Shown: positions 1 to 8,945 of the stretch, piece after piece | Numbering within the stretch: position 1 is the stretch's first letter | Layout: each line of letters starts with the position of its first letter | Origin: Candidatus Hydrogenedentota bacterium | GTDB taxonomy: Bacteria; Hydrogenedentota; Hydrogenedentia; Hydrogenedentales; SLHB01 | Reading direction: 5' to 3' | Length of the DNA: 64,000 nucleotides | NCBI GenBank assembly: GCA_963745075.1 | Contig: CAVUWV010000032.1 | Span: 32,001-96,000 of the forward strand | Notes under the pieces: generated by a model | Databases searched by the model: none | Seen by the model: only the letters and a program-made list of their open reading frames with translations | Told to the model about the DNA's origin: nothing | Program-made: the position numbers and the translations under genes

Positions 1-765
1 CAACACCTCGAGGGCCAGCGCGCAGAATCCGGATAGCGCGAACGCAATGAACACCGCCGCGATTGCTATGGAATGGGATTCGTCGCTTTGGGTGGAGGGC
101 GCCGGGCTTTCCCCGCTCGAAGCGTTCGCCTCGCGCGTCGTCAACACCCGTCCGGCGAGGAGAATCGCGATCACACCGACTGCGAGATTTGCCCCCGCAC
201 CTATCAGCGTCGTGCGGGTATATCCGTAGTGCTCGATGAAATAGAACCCCGTCACGGCACAGCCCGTGACGGCGCCAAAGGTGTTGACGCCGTACAGCAA
301 TCCGATGCGAAGACCACGCCCGCGACCGCCACGGACTACGGCCCTGGCCAAGAGGGGCAACGTCGTTCCCATCAACGTGACGGGCACAATAAGAAAGCCA
401 GCCGCGAGGATCCCGCGCAGCAGGATGCCTAAATCCCGCGAAGACGTGGTCGCGCGGAGAATCGCCACGACAACCGATTCGCCCCATCCGACAAAAAAGA
501 TGAACAGCACCGCCCAGATACCGACGAGGATCTCGAACGCGCCGTACCACAGCAATGGACGCCGAACCCGATCCGCGATGCGCCCCCCCCAAAGACTGCC
601 GATACCGAGGCCGAGAAAGAAGATCGAAAGTACCGTGCTGACTGCGTACGAAGTCGTACCGAAAAGAAGCACGAGGCTCCGCGTCCACACCACCTGATAA
701 AGCAATCCACAGGCGCCGGATACCAGAAAGAACAGCAGCACCGCCAAAAACACAAGCAGATTCAT
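1..765 (-). CDS. Fused MFS-like membrane / spermidine synthase family protein, N-terminal part (runs off window)
   Basis: Manual translation from ATG at 765: MNLLVFLAVLLFFLVSGACGLLYQVVWTRSLVLLFGTTSYAVSTVLSIFFLGLGIGSLWGGRIADR, the typical N-terminus of this family. Absent from the ORF track because it runs off the window. Confidence 0.8.
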   Translation of the reverse strand, partial: MNLLVFLAVLLFFLVSGACGLLYQVVWTRSLVLLFGTTSYAVSTVLSIFFLGLGIGSLWGGRIADRVRRPLLWYGAFEILVGIWAVLFIFFVGWGESVVVAILRATTSSRDLGILLRGILAAGFLIVPVTLMGTTLPLLARAVVRGGRGRGLRIGLLYGVNTFGAVTGCAVTGFYFIEHYGYTRTTLIGAGANLAVGVIAILLAGRVLTTREANASSGESPAPSTQSDESHSIAIAAVFIAFALSGFCALALEVL

Positions 766-1037
766 ACGACTACTTTGGGTCACTGTTTCGGGGCCGTTGG
801 GGTTGGGACTGGCCGAACTCATGAGGGGAATCGAACGCCTTTCCTGACTCGCTACCAAATTCCTTTTCAAACCCGGCCGACGCGGGCATTCCCGCTCGAA
901 GGCACATTGAAGCCGGGCAGCGGCACGCCGGGGCGAGGAACGGATGGTACCCGAGCAATGCGGATTCTGTCAAAGCATCTTGCCGCCCTCGGTAGAACTG
1001 GTCCAAACGGACCGATGCCATTCGAGCCGCGGGTCCA

Positions 1038-1766
1038 TCATGAACTCGCCAGGTCGGTTAATTGCTCTTTCGCAGGACGGCAGTTCGGATTGTCCTTCAG
1101 CGCCTGCTCCCAATCCGCGCGGGCGTTGTCGAATTCACCGGCTTTTTTGTACGCGAGTCCACGCAGGCATCGGGCGGTCTCGAGATTCGGATCCAGTTCG
1201 AGGGCCTTTGACAACAAGGCAATCGCTTTCACGGGGTCGCCGCCTTCGTTGGATTTCGCGAATACGTACGGCTTTGCTCGGGACACGTATGCTTTCGCAT
1301 TGGCGGGATTGAGTTCGACGGCCTTTGCTGCCGCCGCTTCCATATCCTTCCGGTACTTCTTGGCGCGGTAGTCGCTCCGAATCATAACCGCCAACAGATC
1401 CGCTTTAAGCCGGTACGTTTCCGAATCGGGCTCCAGGGACGCGAGCGCGTGCAACCCCGCGTTTGCCGCTTCGTCAATATCGTTGCCAAGGGGGCGGCGG
1501 TCGGCGATGTCCGACTCCGGGATGTTTTCCCAGTCGAAACGCTCCAACTCGGCAACCAACAACGCGGCTTGTGCTACGAGCAGCGTCGCGTCACGTGTAG
1601 GGTTGACCGTCGCCGCGCCCCGCGCGTCTTCAAGGGCTTGTTTTGCCGCATCCATATCATAGTCGTGCTGCGCAGCGGCCATCTGTGCGGCGATCCTGTT
1701 CTCGGCACGCGCCGAGACGGTAACCACCAAAACCGCAAGAACCGCAAAGGCGTGTCGCGTCCGCAT
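1038..1766 (-). CDS. Secreted TPR-repeat protein
   Basis: Signal peptide ending ARA; TPR-like segments KAVELNPANAKAY, KALELDPNLETAR, GLAYKKAGEFDNARADWEQAL. Confidence 0.8.
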   Translation of the reverse strand: MRTRHAFAVLAVLVVTVSARAENRIAAQMAAAQHDYDMDAAKQALEDARGAATVNPTRDATLLVAQAALLVAELERFDWENIPESDIADRRPLGNDIDEAANAGLHALASLEPDSETYRLKADLLAVMIRSDYRAKKYRKDMEAAAAKAVELNPANAKAYVSRAKPYVFAKSNEGGDPVKAIALLSKALELDPNLETARCLRGLAYKKAGEFDNARADWEQALKDNPNCRPAKEQLTDLASS

Positions 1767-1802
1767 AGCTACTCCTTTCGAGATATCCTCGAAGGGTCAA
1801 CG

Positions 1803-4021
1803 TTACTCGATGGCCCCATTCTTCCCATGGCCGTTCCGTAACACCAGAATCGAGGGCGTCAGGACAAGGTCTGCAGCCAAAGCGACCAACAGCGCGATGA
1901 CCGAGAGAAATCCGAAGTAGCGTATCGGCACAAAGCCCGACCCCCACAAGGTTGCAAAGCCGATGCACGCGGTCAACGTGCTGTAGATCATCGCAGGCCC
2001 CACTTCTTCGAGTACTTTTCCAACGGCAGCGTGGGCGCCGACGGATTCCGCCCCTTGACGGCGGTAGGCGGCCAATAGATGGACCGTGTTGTCGACCGAT
2101 ATGCCGAGCGCCACGCCTGCGACCAACACCGTTCCCGCGTCAAGGGGAATGTGCAGCACCGGCATCAACGCAAAAACCGCCAGGGTCGGCGTGATATTGG
2201 GCGGAATGGACAACAGCATCAGCGAAAACGACCGCAACCCGATTCCGATGATCAGAAACACAACCACGAACGCAAAGGCGAAGCTTTTTACTTGCGTAAA
2301 TACCAGATCGACTTGGGCGTTGTTCAGCAGATAGACAATCCCCGTAAGATGCCCGTGGAGCCCATCGGGCAATCGGTCGAGCAGGGCTTGAACGCGGCGC
2401 TGGATCGTGAAATACCGCCCCGCGTCCATCACGTTCGGCAGGATCGACAAACGCACCTCTTTGCCGTCGGCTGACACGAGCTTGGCGAGTTCCCTCGGCC
2501 GGTGTCGTCGAGGCCGGCCAGCAGGGCATCGGCCGATTCCCGCGAATCGGGGAGAACGTACGCGGCGGGCTCGAGATTGTGGTCCCACTGGTTGGCTTTC
2601 TTCAGCAGGTCCAACGGCGAAAGCACCCGCGCCACGTAGGGCGAACGTTCCACGTCCCGAACCATCGCGTCGAGCGCCGGCCAGTACCGGGGCGACAACC
2701 ACCCGTCCGGACAGTCCACGACCACCTCCAACGAATAGAGGCCGGTCAGGTGTTTACTCACGAAGTTGTAGGATGCAACCTTCGGCGCATCATCGGGCAG
2801 AAATGCCAGGGGATTCGGCTCGGCTTGAATGCGGAACACACTGAATAGCCCCGCGGACATGATGACCAGAAACGCAATCACGGCGACCCATGGATGCCGT
2901 TCGCTGGCCCCTTCCGCGCGTCGCAGCAACGGCAGCCAGACGGACCGGGCGGAGCGGCGGGGGGGTACGCGCAGTATCGGAAGCATGACGGGGACCAGCG
3001 TAAAATTCACAATGAGCGCCAGAACGAGCCCCACCGCCGCAAACCATCCCATCTCGCGGATCGGCGGCATCGTGGAAAGCGTCAGGGACAAGAAGCCCGC
3101 CGCCGTCGTCACCGCCGACAACACGCACGGCAACGCAGTCTCGCGCAACGCGCGCGCCATGGCGCCCACGAAACCTTCCGTCTCGGCACGATGATACTGG
3201 TAGCGCGTGATGATGTGGACGCTGTGCGACAACGACAACACCCACAACAGCGGCGGCAGAACCGCGCTGACCATGGTCAGCGGACGATCCATCCAGGCGA
3301 TGAACCCCATCGGCAAAACGACGCTCAGTGCTCCGCAAATTGCCGCGACCAGGGTGGCGCGCCCCGAACGCAGCAACAGAACCAGCACCACGATACAACT
3401 GCCAAACGCGATAGGCATCGCTCGGCTGGTCTCGCGCTCCGATACGTCGTCGATCGCTACGTTCAGCGCCGGCGGACCGACATAGTCCAAGCGGAATCCG
3501 TATTCCGCCAGCGGTTTCGCGGCCGCCTCCACGTTCGCCATGACCGTGCGCCACTGCGACGATTTGAGGTCGGGATCGAATTCCAGAAGCACACCCGCAA
3601 CCTTACAATCTTTGGAGATAAAGAGTCCTTGGTAGAAGGGGGTCGACGTGAATTCCTCTTTGAGTGCTTCCGGGTCTTCGGCCCCGAAGAGGTCGCGGTA
3701 CACCGAGGGGATTCCGGTAACCCGCTTGACGTGCGGAACCGCTTCGAGATTGGTAAGGGCCGCCAGCATAGCGTCGAGCGCCTTCGGCTCGAATAACGGT
3801 TTGCCGGATAGCGCGATGACGACGAATTCGTCTTCGCCGAACGTGTCGAGAAAATGCTGATAGTCCCGCGTTCCGGGGCTGTCGGGATTCAGCCAGCGCT
3901 CGATGGCATTGTCGGTCCGGAGATGGGTGGCCTGAAACGCCGCAACGACTCCCAGTGCAACGACCAGAATCGCCCCGGCCCGTAGCACCTCGTTCCAGCG
4001 CTTGGCGACAAGAGAACTCAT
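1803..4021 (-). CDS. MMPL/RND-superfamily exporter, split by one frameshift near 2495
   Basis: ORF 2429..4042 holds the first MMPL half and the start of the second. The reading continues in ORF 1803..2702 from RELAKLVSADG (GISVDNTVH, GPAMIYSTLT, GFATL motifs). Confidence 0.8.
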
Positions 4022-4154
4022 GGCCTGACACAATCCAGGCAAGCCATATTGAATCTTGTACTTATGGACTTATTGTCACGACTGAGCATACAAACTTCGA
4101 TGCACTGTCTCGAAAGATTGTTGAAAGTACTACCGCCGGAGAGCGGTTGGTAAA

Positions 4155-4937
4155 CTACTCTAAGAATTCAAGATTGGTGCCTAAATATTTCAGTCCCGTC
4201 TCCTTGATGGCGGAATCGGGCACCCGCTCGAGGGGACTGTACCCGGGATGGCCGGATTTACCGAAGGGACTGTTACGACGGGCGTTATAACAGCAAATAA
4301 GCGCCCAGCGAGGGTCGGGCGAGGTGTTCTGCTCGGACTTGTGCAACAAATTACAGTGGAAGAACAGGGCATCACCGGGGTCCATTTCGCAATGGACGAT
4401 GGGCATGATCTTCTCGGCCTCGGCGCACCGCACCGGGTCGGCGCCCGTCTGGTCCGCCACCTTCATATGGTCGATGCGCCCGAGGAGATGAGACCCCTTG
4501 AGCACCTGAAGGCAGCCGTTGGCTTTGGTCGCCTTATCGACTGCAATATAACAACTTAGCAGCAACGGAAAGAGACACGTGTCGTTGTACCAGTACCCAT
4601 AGTCCTGGTGCCAGATCCAGGCGCCGCCTACAAAAGGCTCCTTCTGCATCATCTTGGAGTGCCAATGGTAGACCTCGCCGCCGAGGATCCGTTCCGCCGC
4701 GTTCACGATGCGTTCACACCGCGAATACATGCTCAAAATACTGTCGTCAGCCTCGTTCCAGAGCGTGATACGGCTCTTCCCGCCCGATCCGTCGTCGCGG
4801 TCTCGGGCCTTTCCGGTGATGGCGGGATCGTGACGCGCCGCGTGTCGCAGCAGGTTGGTCTCCTCGGTATCAAAGAGCCCTTTCGCCAGGTAATAGCCGT
4901 CTTCGTGAAACTGGGTAAGTTGTGCGTCCGTTAACAT
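4155..4937 (-). CDS. Phytanoyl-CoA dioxygenase (PhyH) family Fe(II)/2-oxoglutarate hydroxylase
   Basis: LTDAQLTQFHEDGY start, WHQDYGYW (HxD), NGCLQVLKGSH, PGDALFFHCNLLHKS. Confidence 0.9.
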   Translation of the reverse strand: MLTDAQLTQFHEDGYYLAKGLFDTEETNLLRHAARHDPAITGKARDRDDGSGGKSRITLWNEADDSILSMYSRCERIVNAAERILGGEVYHWHSKMMQKEPFVGGAWIWHQDYGYWYNDTCLFPLLLSCYIAVDKATKANGCLQVLKGSHLLGRIDHMKVADQTGADPVRCAEAEKIMPIVHCEMDPGDALFFHCNLLHKSEQNTSPDPRWALICCYNARRNSPFGKSGHPGYSPLERVPDSAIKETGLKYLGTNLEFLE

Positions 4938-5072
4938 GTCCGGTGACCGTCCTCGAATGCGTCTGGAATCCGTTAAAACCCCCGGCCGCCAGCTAATACG
5001 GTCCGAGGCGCAAAACCCGATGATACCACGAAGTCGGCGAATCCCGTAAGCGGTTCGACCCTCGCAATGCGT

Positions 5073-5103
5073 TTGCGCCGGTTACGCCCGGCTGTGCTAT
5101 GCT
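5073..5103 (+). promoter_or_regulatory. Candidate sigma70 promoter with extended -10
   Basis: TTGCGC-N19-TATGCT with TGn before the -10; same TTGCGC...TGTGCTAT pattern as upstream of rpsB. Confidence 0.4.
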
Positions 5104-5212
5104 GGAAATCCGTTTCTCCATGTGCCGGAACGGTACACGTGAGCAACCCTTAAAGACGATCGCGCGTGGGCGTGCGTGACTTGGTTTTAACCCACAGTTT
5201 CAGGAGGGAGCT

Positions 5213-6478
5213 ATGAGCGACGAGAAGAAGTCTGGAATGACACGCAGGGATTTCGCGAAGGCCTCGGCAGCGGGTGTGGCCGGCTTCGCGATCCTGAATT
5301 CAGGAAGTCGCGCCTATGCAGCCAACGAGCGGTATCGCTATGGCTTGCTGGGCTGTGGCGGACGCGGCACGGGGGCGGCCACCCAGCACATGCTGGGGAA
5401 CGACAACGTGGAAATGGTCGCCATGGCGGATATCTTCCAGGATCGCCTGGATTCGTCCCGCGGGCGAATCGGAGATAACAAGGATGAGCGCGTCGCAAAC
5501 CAGTTCAAGGTTAAGGACGACATGTGTTTCGTGGGTCCGGACGCGTACAAACGATTCCTCGATACCGATATCGACCTGATCATCGAAGGTACGCTGCCGT
5601 ACAGCCGGCCTAAGCATGTGGAAGCCGCCGTGGAAGCGGGCAAACACGTGTTCACCGAGAAACCGGCCGCCGTGGATCCCACCGGCATCCGCCGGTTCAT
5701 CGCCGCGGCGGAAAAGGCCAAGGAAAAGAATCTCTGTCTCGTGGCCGGTACCCAGCGCCGCCATCAGTTGAACTATCAAGAAACCATCAAGAAACTGCAC
5801 GATGGCGCCATCGGCGATATCAAATCCATGCGCGTTTACTGGTGCGGAAGCCTGCCCTTCGTCAAAGAGCGCGCCCCGGACTGGAGCGAACTCGAATACC
5901 GCATCCGCAACTGGTACGCCTACTGCTGGACCTGCGGCGACAACATCGTCGAGCAGCACGTGCACAACCTCGACGTCGCCTGCTGGACGTTGCAAGCTCA
6001 TCCGGTCAGCGTATTCGCATCGGGCGGCCGCGCCTGGAAACCGTTCGAGGATATGTATGGAAACCTGTGGGACCACTTCTCCTGCGATTTCGAGTTTCCA
6101 AACAACGTCCACGTCACGAGCATGTGCCGTCACTGGGGTAAAGCTGATGGTGGCGTCTTCGAGGAAGCCTTCGGTACCAACGGTTCCAGTAAGTGCAACG
6201 ACATGATGGACAGCCCGGCCGAGAACATGATCGACCCCTACATCCAGGAGCACACCGATCTCGGCAACGCAGTACGCGGCAACGACCCTTACATCAACGA
6301 AGGCGTTCAGGTCGCCCACAGCACCATGACCGCGATCATGGGCCGCATGTCGGCGTACACCGGCAAGGCCCTCACCTGGGACGAAGCGATCAACTCCGAC
6401 CTCCACATCACGCCGCCGGACGAACTCGACTTCACCCAACCGTTCCCCGTAGCGCCGATCCCGCGCCCGGGCGTGTAA
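5213..6478 (+). CDS. Tat-exported Gfo/Idh/MocA family oxidoreductase
   Basis: TRRDFAK twin-arginine motif, GLLGCGGRG, KHVFTEKP, GDNIVEQHVHNLD; RBS AGGAGG. Confidence 0.92.
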   Translation: MSDEKKSGMTRRDFAKASAAGVAGFAILNSGSRAYAANERYRYGLLGCGGRGTGAATQHMLGNDNVEMVAMADIFQDRLDSSRGRIGDNKDERVANQFKVKDDMCFVGPDAYKRFLDTDIDLIIEGTLPYSRPKHVEAAVEAGKHVFTEKPAAVDPTGIRRFIAAAEKAKEKNLCLVAGTQRRHQLNYQETIKKLHDGAIGDIKSMRVYWCGSLPFVKERAPDWSELEYRIRNWYAYCWTCGDNIVEQHVHNLDVACWTLQAHPVSVFASGGRAWKPFEDMYGNLWDHFSCDFEFPNNVHVTSMCRHWGKADGGVFEEAFGTNGSSKCNDMMDSPAENMIDPYIQEHTDLGNAVRGNDPYINEGVQVAHSTMTAIMGRMSAYTGKALTWDEAINSDLHITPPDELDFTQPFPVAPIPRPGV

Positions 6479-6494
6479 TCCGTTTCACAGGTTC

Positions 6495-6530
6495 CCGCCC
6501 GGCAGGAACGGCTTCCTGCCGGGCGGTTTC
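6495..6530 (+). terminator. Intergenic stem-loop (terminator or mRNA-stabilising hairpin)
   Basis: 14-bp perfect stem CCGCCCGGCAGGAA / TTCCTGCCGGGCGG, 4-nt loop, short T run. Confidence 0.55.
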
Positions 6531-6559
6531 AGTTCGGTGAGTCGGCAAGGAGAACTCGA

Positions 6560-7435
6560 ATGAATCGACGCAACTTTCTGGCTTCTTCGGCGGCCATGAT
6601 TGGCGCAGCAGCCGCTGCCAAGGCGAAGGCGCAAGCGCCCAAACCTGCCGGTCCATTCGCGGAGGTGCCGCTGACAATGTCGGTCCAACCCCAGTTCTTC
6701 CCCGGCACCATCGACGAACAACTGGAAGCGGTGGCCTCATGGGGATTCCCGGCGTACGAGTGGCATAACCCGGAAGGCGATCTCGTCGCGCTGCGACGCA
6801 AAGCCGACAGCCTCGGGCTCGGACTCAGTTGCATCCGGGGCTGCGGACAAATCAAACCGGGCTACATGATGGACCCGGACCAGCACGACGCGGTGGTGGA
6901 AGAATTCACGGAGCGCGTCGAAATCGCCAAACAACTCGGCACGCGGCAGTTGATTGGTCTCACCGGCAATGCGCGTATGGATCTTTCCTACAACCAACAG
7001 GTCGATCTTGTGATCACCTGCCTGAAACGTCTCGCTCCCGTCGCGGAGGACAACGACGTCGTAATCATCATGGAAGCCTTGAACCCCATCGTCGATCACA
7101 AAGGGTTTTTCCTAACGCGAACGGATCAGACCATGATGATCCTGGACGCCGTCGGCAGTCCCAACATCAAAATGCTGTTCGACATCTATCACCAACAGAT
7201 CACCGAAGGGAACGTCATCCGCAATATCCGCAATCACGTCGACCACATCGGCCTCTTCCACTTTGCTGACGATCCCGGTCGAAAGGAACCCGGTACGGGC
7301 GAATTGAACTACACCAACATCTTCAAAGCAATCCACGATACCGGCTACACGGGTTACGTCGCGCTGGAACACGGAAAGACCGGCACCGTCGAGGAGGCAC
7401 TCAAAGCAGACTTGGCGTGTCTTGATTGGACGTAA
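6560..7435 (+). CDS. Tat-exported hydroxypyruvate isomerase / xylose-isomerase-like TIM-barrel protein
   Basis: NRRNFL motif; MEALN, LFDIYHQQITEGN, HFADDPGRKEPGTGELNY. Confidence 0.9.
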   Translation: MNRRNFLASSAAMIGAAAAAKAKAQAPKPAGPFAEVPLTMSVQPQFFPGTIDEQLEAVASWGFPAYEWHNPEGDLVALRRKADSLGLGLSCIRGCGQIKPGYMMDPDQHDAVVEEFTERVEIAKQLGTRQLIGLTGNARMDLSYNQQVDLVITCLKRLAPVAEDNDVVIIMEALNPIVDHKGFFLTRTDQTMMILDAVGSPNIKMLFDIYHQQITEGNVIRNIRNHVDHIGLFHFADDPGRKEPGTGELNYTNIFKAIHDTGYTGYVALEHGKTGTVEEALKADLACLDWT

Positions 7436-7457
7436 GGAGTGATGGCAAGTCAGAGGG

Positions 7458-8765
7458 CTATCTGCCCTTCAACTTCTTTGTCTTTTTCGGGTCCAGCTCG
7501 CCCTGTTCCTTCAGGTAACCAACCACGCCAGGAGAAATGCCGCTTTTCTCCAGGGCCGCAACCACGTTTTGCACCGGCGCGCCCGCATGTGCCGCGATGA
7601 TTTTTCGAATGGAATCCCGGTCGCGTTCGATAAGTTTCCCTATAAGCTTTCGCCGGAGTTCGGCTGCGTGTTCGAGGGAACGCGACAGGCCCCGCATCCT
7701 GTTCCGCACCCGTTGTTTCGCGGTTTCGTCCAGATCCGGATTCCGCAAGCGTTCCTGCAACGCGGCCCGCGCTTGCGTGGCGTTCCGGTAGATCGCGCGC
7801 ACCATATCGAAGGCGGCGTCGAAATCGCCACAGCGAATCATAACGTCAATGATTAACGAAATGGCGTTCAAATACGTTTGAGCATCATCGAATATAGGAT
7901 CGCGCGAAATCGCCTTATCCAAGTACCGCACCGCCATCCGCATGGCCTCCACTTCGTCGGTCGGCACGGTGGACCACATCCCTTTGAGCCTCGCCAGGAA
8001 CTCTTGCAACGCTTCCGTCCCGTTTCCCGTGCTCGCGGGTGAAACGCCATCCTTGCACAATACCTTCAGGCGGTATAATTCCGTTGAAAGGGTTTCGAGG
8101 AGTTTTTCCACATTGTCCCGGTGTTTCCGGATGAGATTCTTTCCCCCTTCAAGCTGGGAAAGAAGCGCCTGATTCGTCCTCTGCCAACCTTGCATCACCT
8201 GATGCAGGCGGCCTTCGAATTCGGTGACGGCTTCCAAGGCGTCACGCCGCACCGGATCCTTGATTTCCCCCCCTTCCGCGGGGCCCTGCTCGCGAAACAG
8301 CCAAGCGATACGCAGCGCCAACCGGCCAATCTTGAGATTGTCCCGTGTGTCTTCCGGAAGCAGGAGTTGAATATACGCCGCAATATAGTGCAACGCGAGG
8401 GCACTGTCGGAATCGATATTCGAATAATCGACTCGCTGCGCGAGAAATGCGAGGAGCGCTTTCTCCTTATCCGGTAGACGCCGAACGGTGCGTTCGACCA
8501 GTGGACTGAACTCACTTTCTCCCCGGTCCCTGTAGTCGGTTGTGACATCCGTGAAGTAACAGTGGGGGCAGTGGTACAGGTAGTAGTGGGGCGGATGAAC
8601 CGGCCGGGCCCGTTCGTTCAGCCACTTGTAGTGCAGCACGTGCCCGTCGGACTCGCGCTCGGATTCGAGGTACAGCCGCAGACGAAAATGCGGTTGCTGG
8701 TGTTCTTCACCACAGATCGGACAATGTACAGGCCGGTAGATAAACGGCGATGTGCCGTCAGTCAT
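7458..8765 (-). CDS. DUF2225-like Zn-binding protein with helical C-terminus
   Basis: HCPICG and HCPHCYF cysteine pairs; LALRIAWLFRE motif. Confidence 0.7.
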   Translation of the reverse strand: MTDGTSPFIYRPVHCPICGEEHQQPHFRLRLYLESERESDGHVLHYKWLNERARPVHPPHYYLYHCPHCYFTDVTTDYRDRGESEFSPLVERTVRRLPDKEKALLAFLAQRVDYSNIDSDSALALHYIAAYIQLLLPEDTRDNLKIGRLALRIAWLFREQGPAEGGEIKDPVRRDALEAVTEFEGRLHQVMQGWQRTNQALLSQLEGGKNLIRKHRDNVEKLLETLSTELYRLKVLCKDGVSPASTGNGTEALQEFLARLKGMWSTVPTDEVEAMRMAVRYLDKAISRDPIFDDAQTYLNAISLIIDVMIRCGDFDAAFDMVRAIYRNATQARAALQERLRNPDLDETAKQRVRNRMRGLSRSLEHAAELRRKLIGKLIERDRDSIRKIIAAHAGAPVQNVVAALEKSGISPGVVGYLKEQGELDPKKTKKLKGR

Positions 8766-8945
8766 AATCGCGCATCCATATGTTCTTGCAAGTCACGTCG
8801 GGGAACCGTTGTGTAATCCCCCGTAGCCGACACCCAATCGGCCTTGCATACCAAGTATACCAATATCCAGAGACTTCGATAGACTGAAGAATCGCTGAAG
8901 GCCCTGGGGCCACCCCCGTCGCGCGACTACCGATCCCGATCGAAG

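Noticed and set aside
770..1021. 83-aa minus-strand ORF between the TPR gene and the spermidine-synthase-like gene
   Set aside because: No recognisable motif or convincing RBS; cannot be supported, though not excluded.
5040..5065. GGTTCGACCC resembling a tRNA T-loop
   Set aside because: No cloverleaf, acceptor stem or D arm around it.
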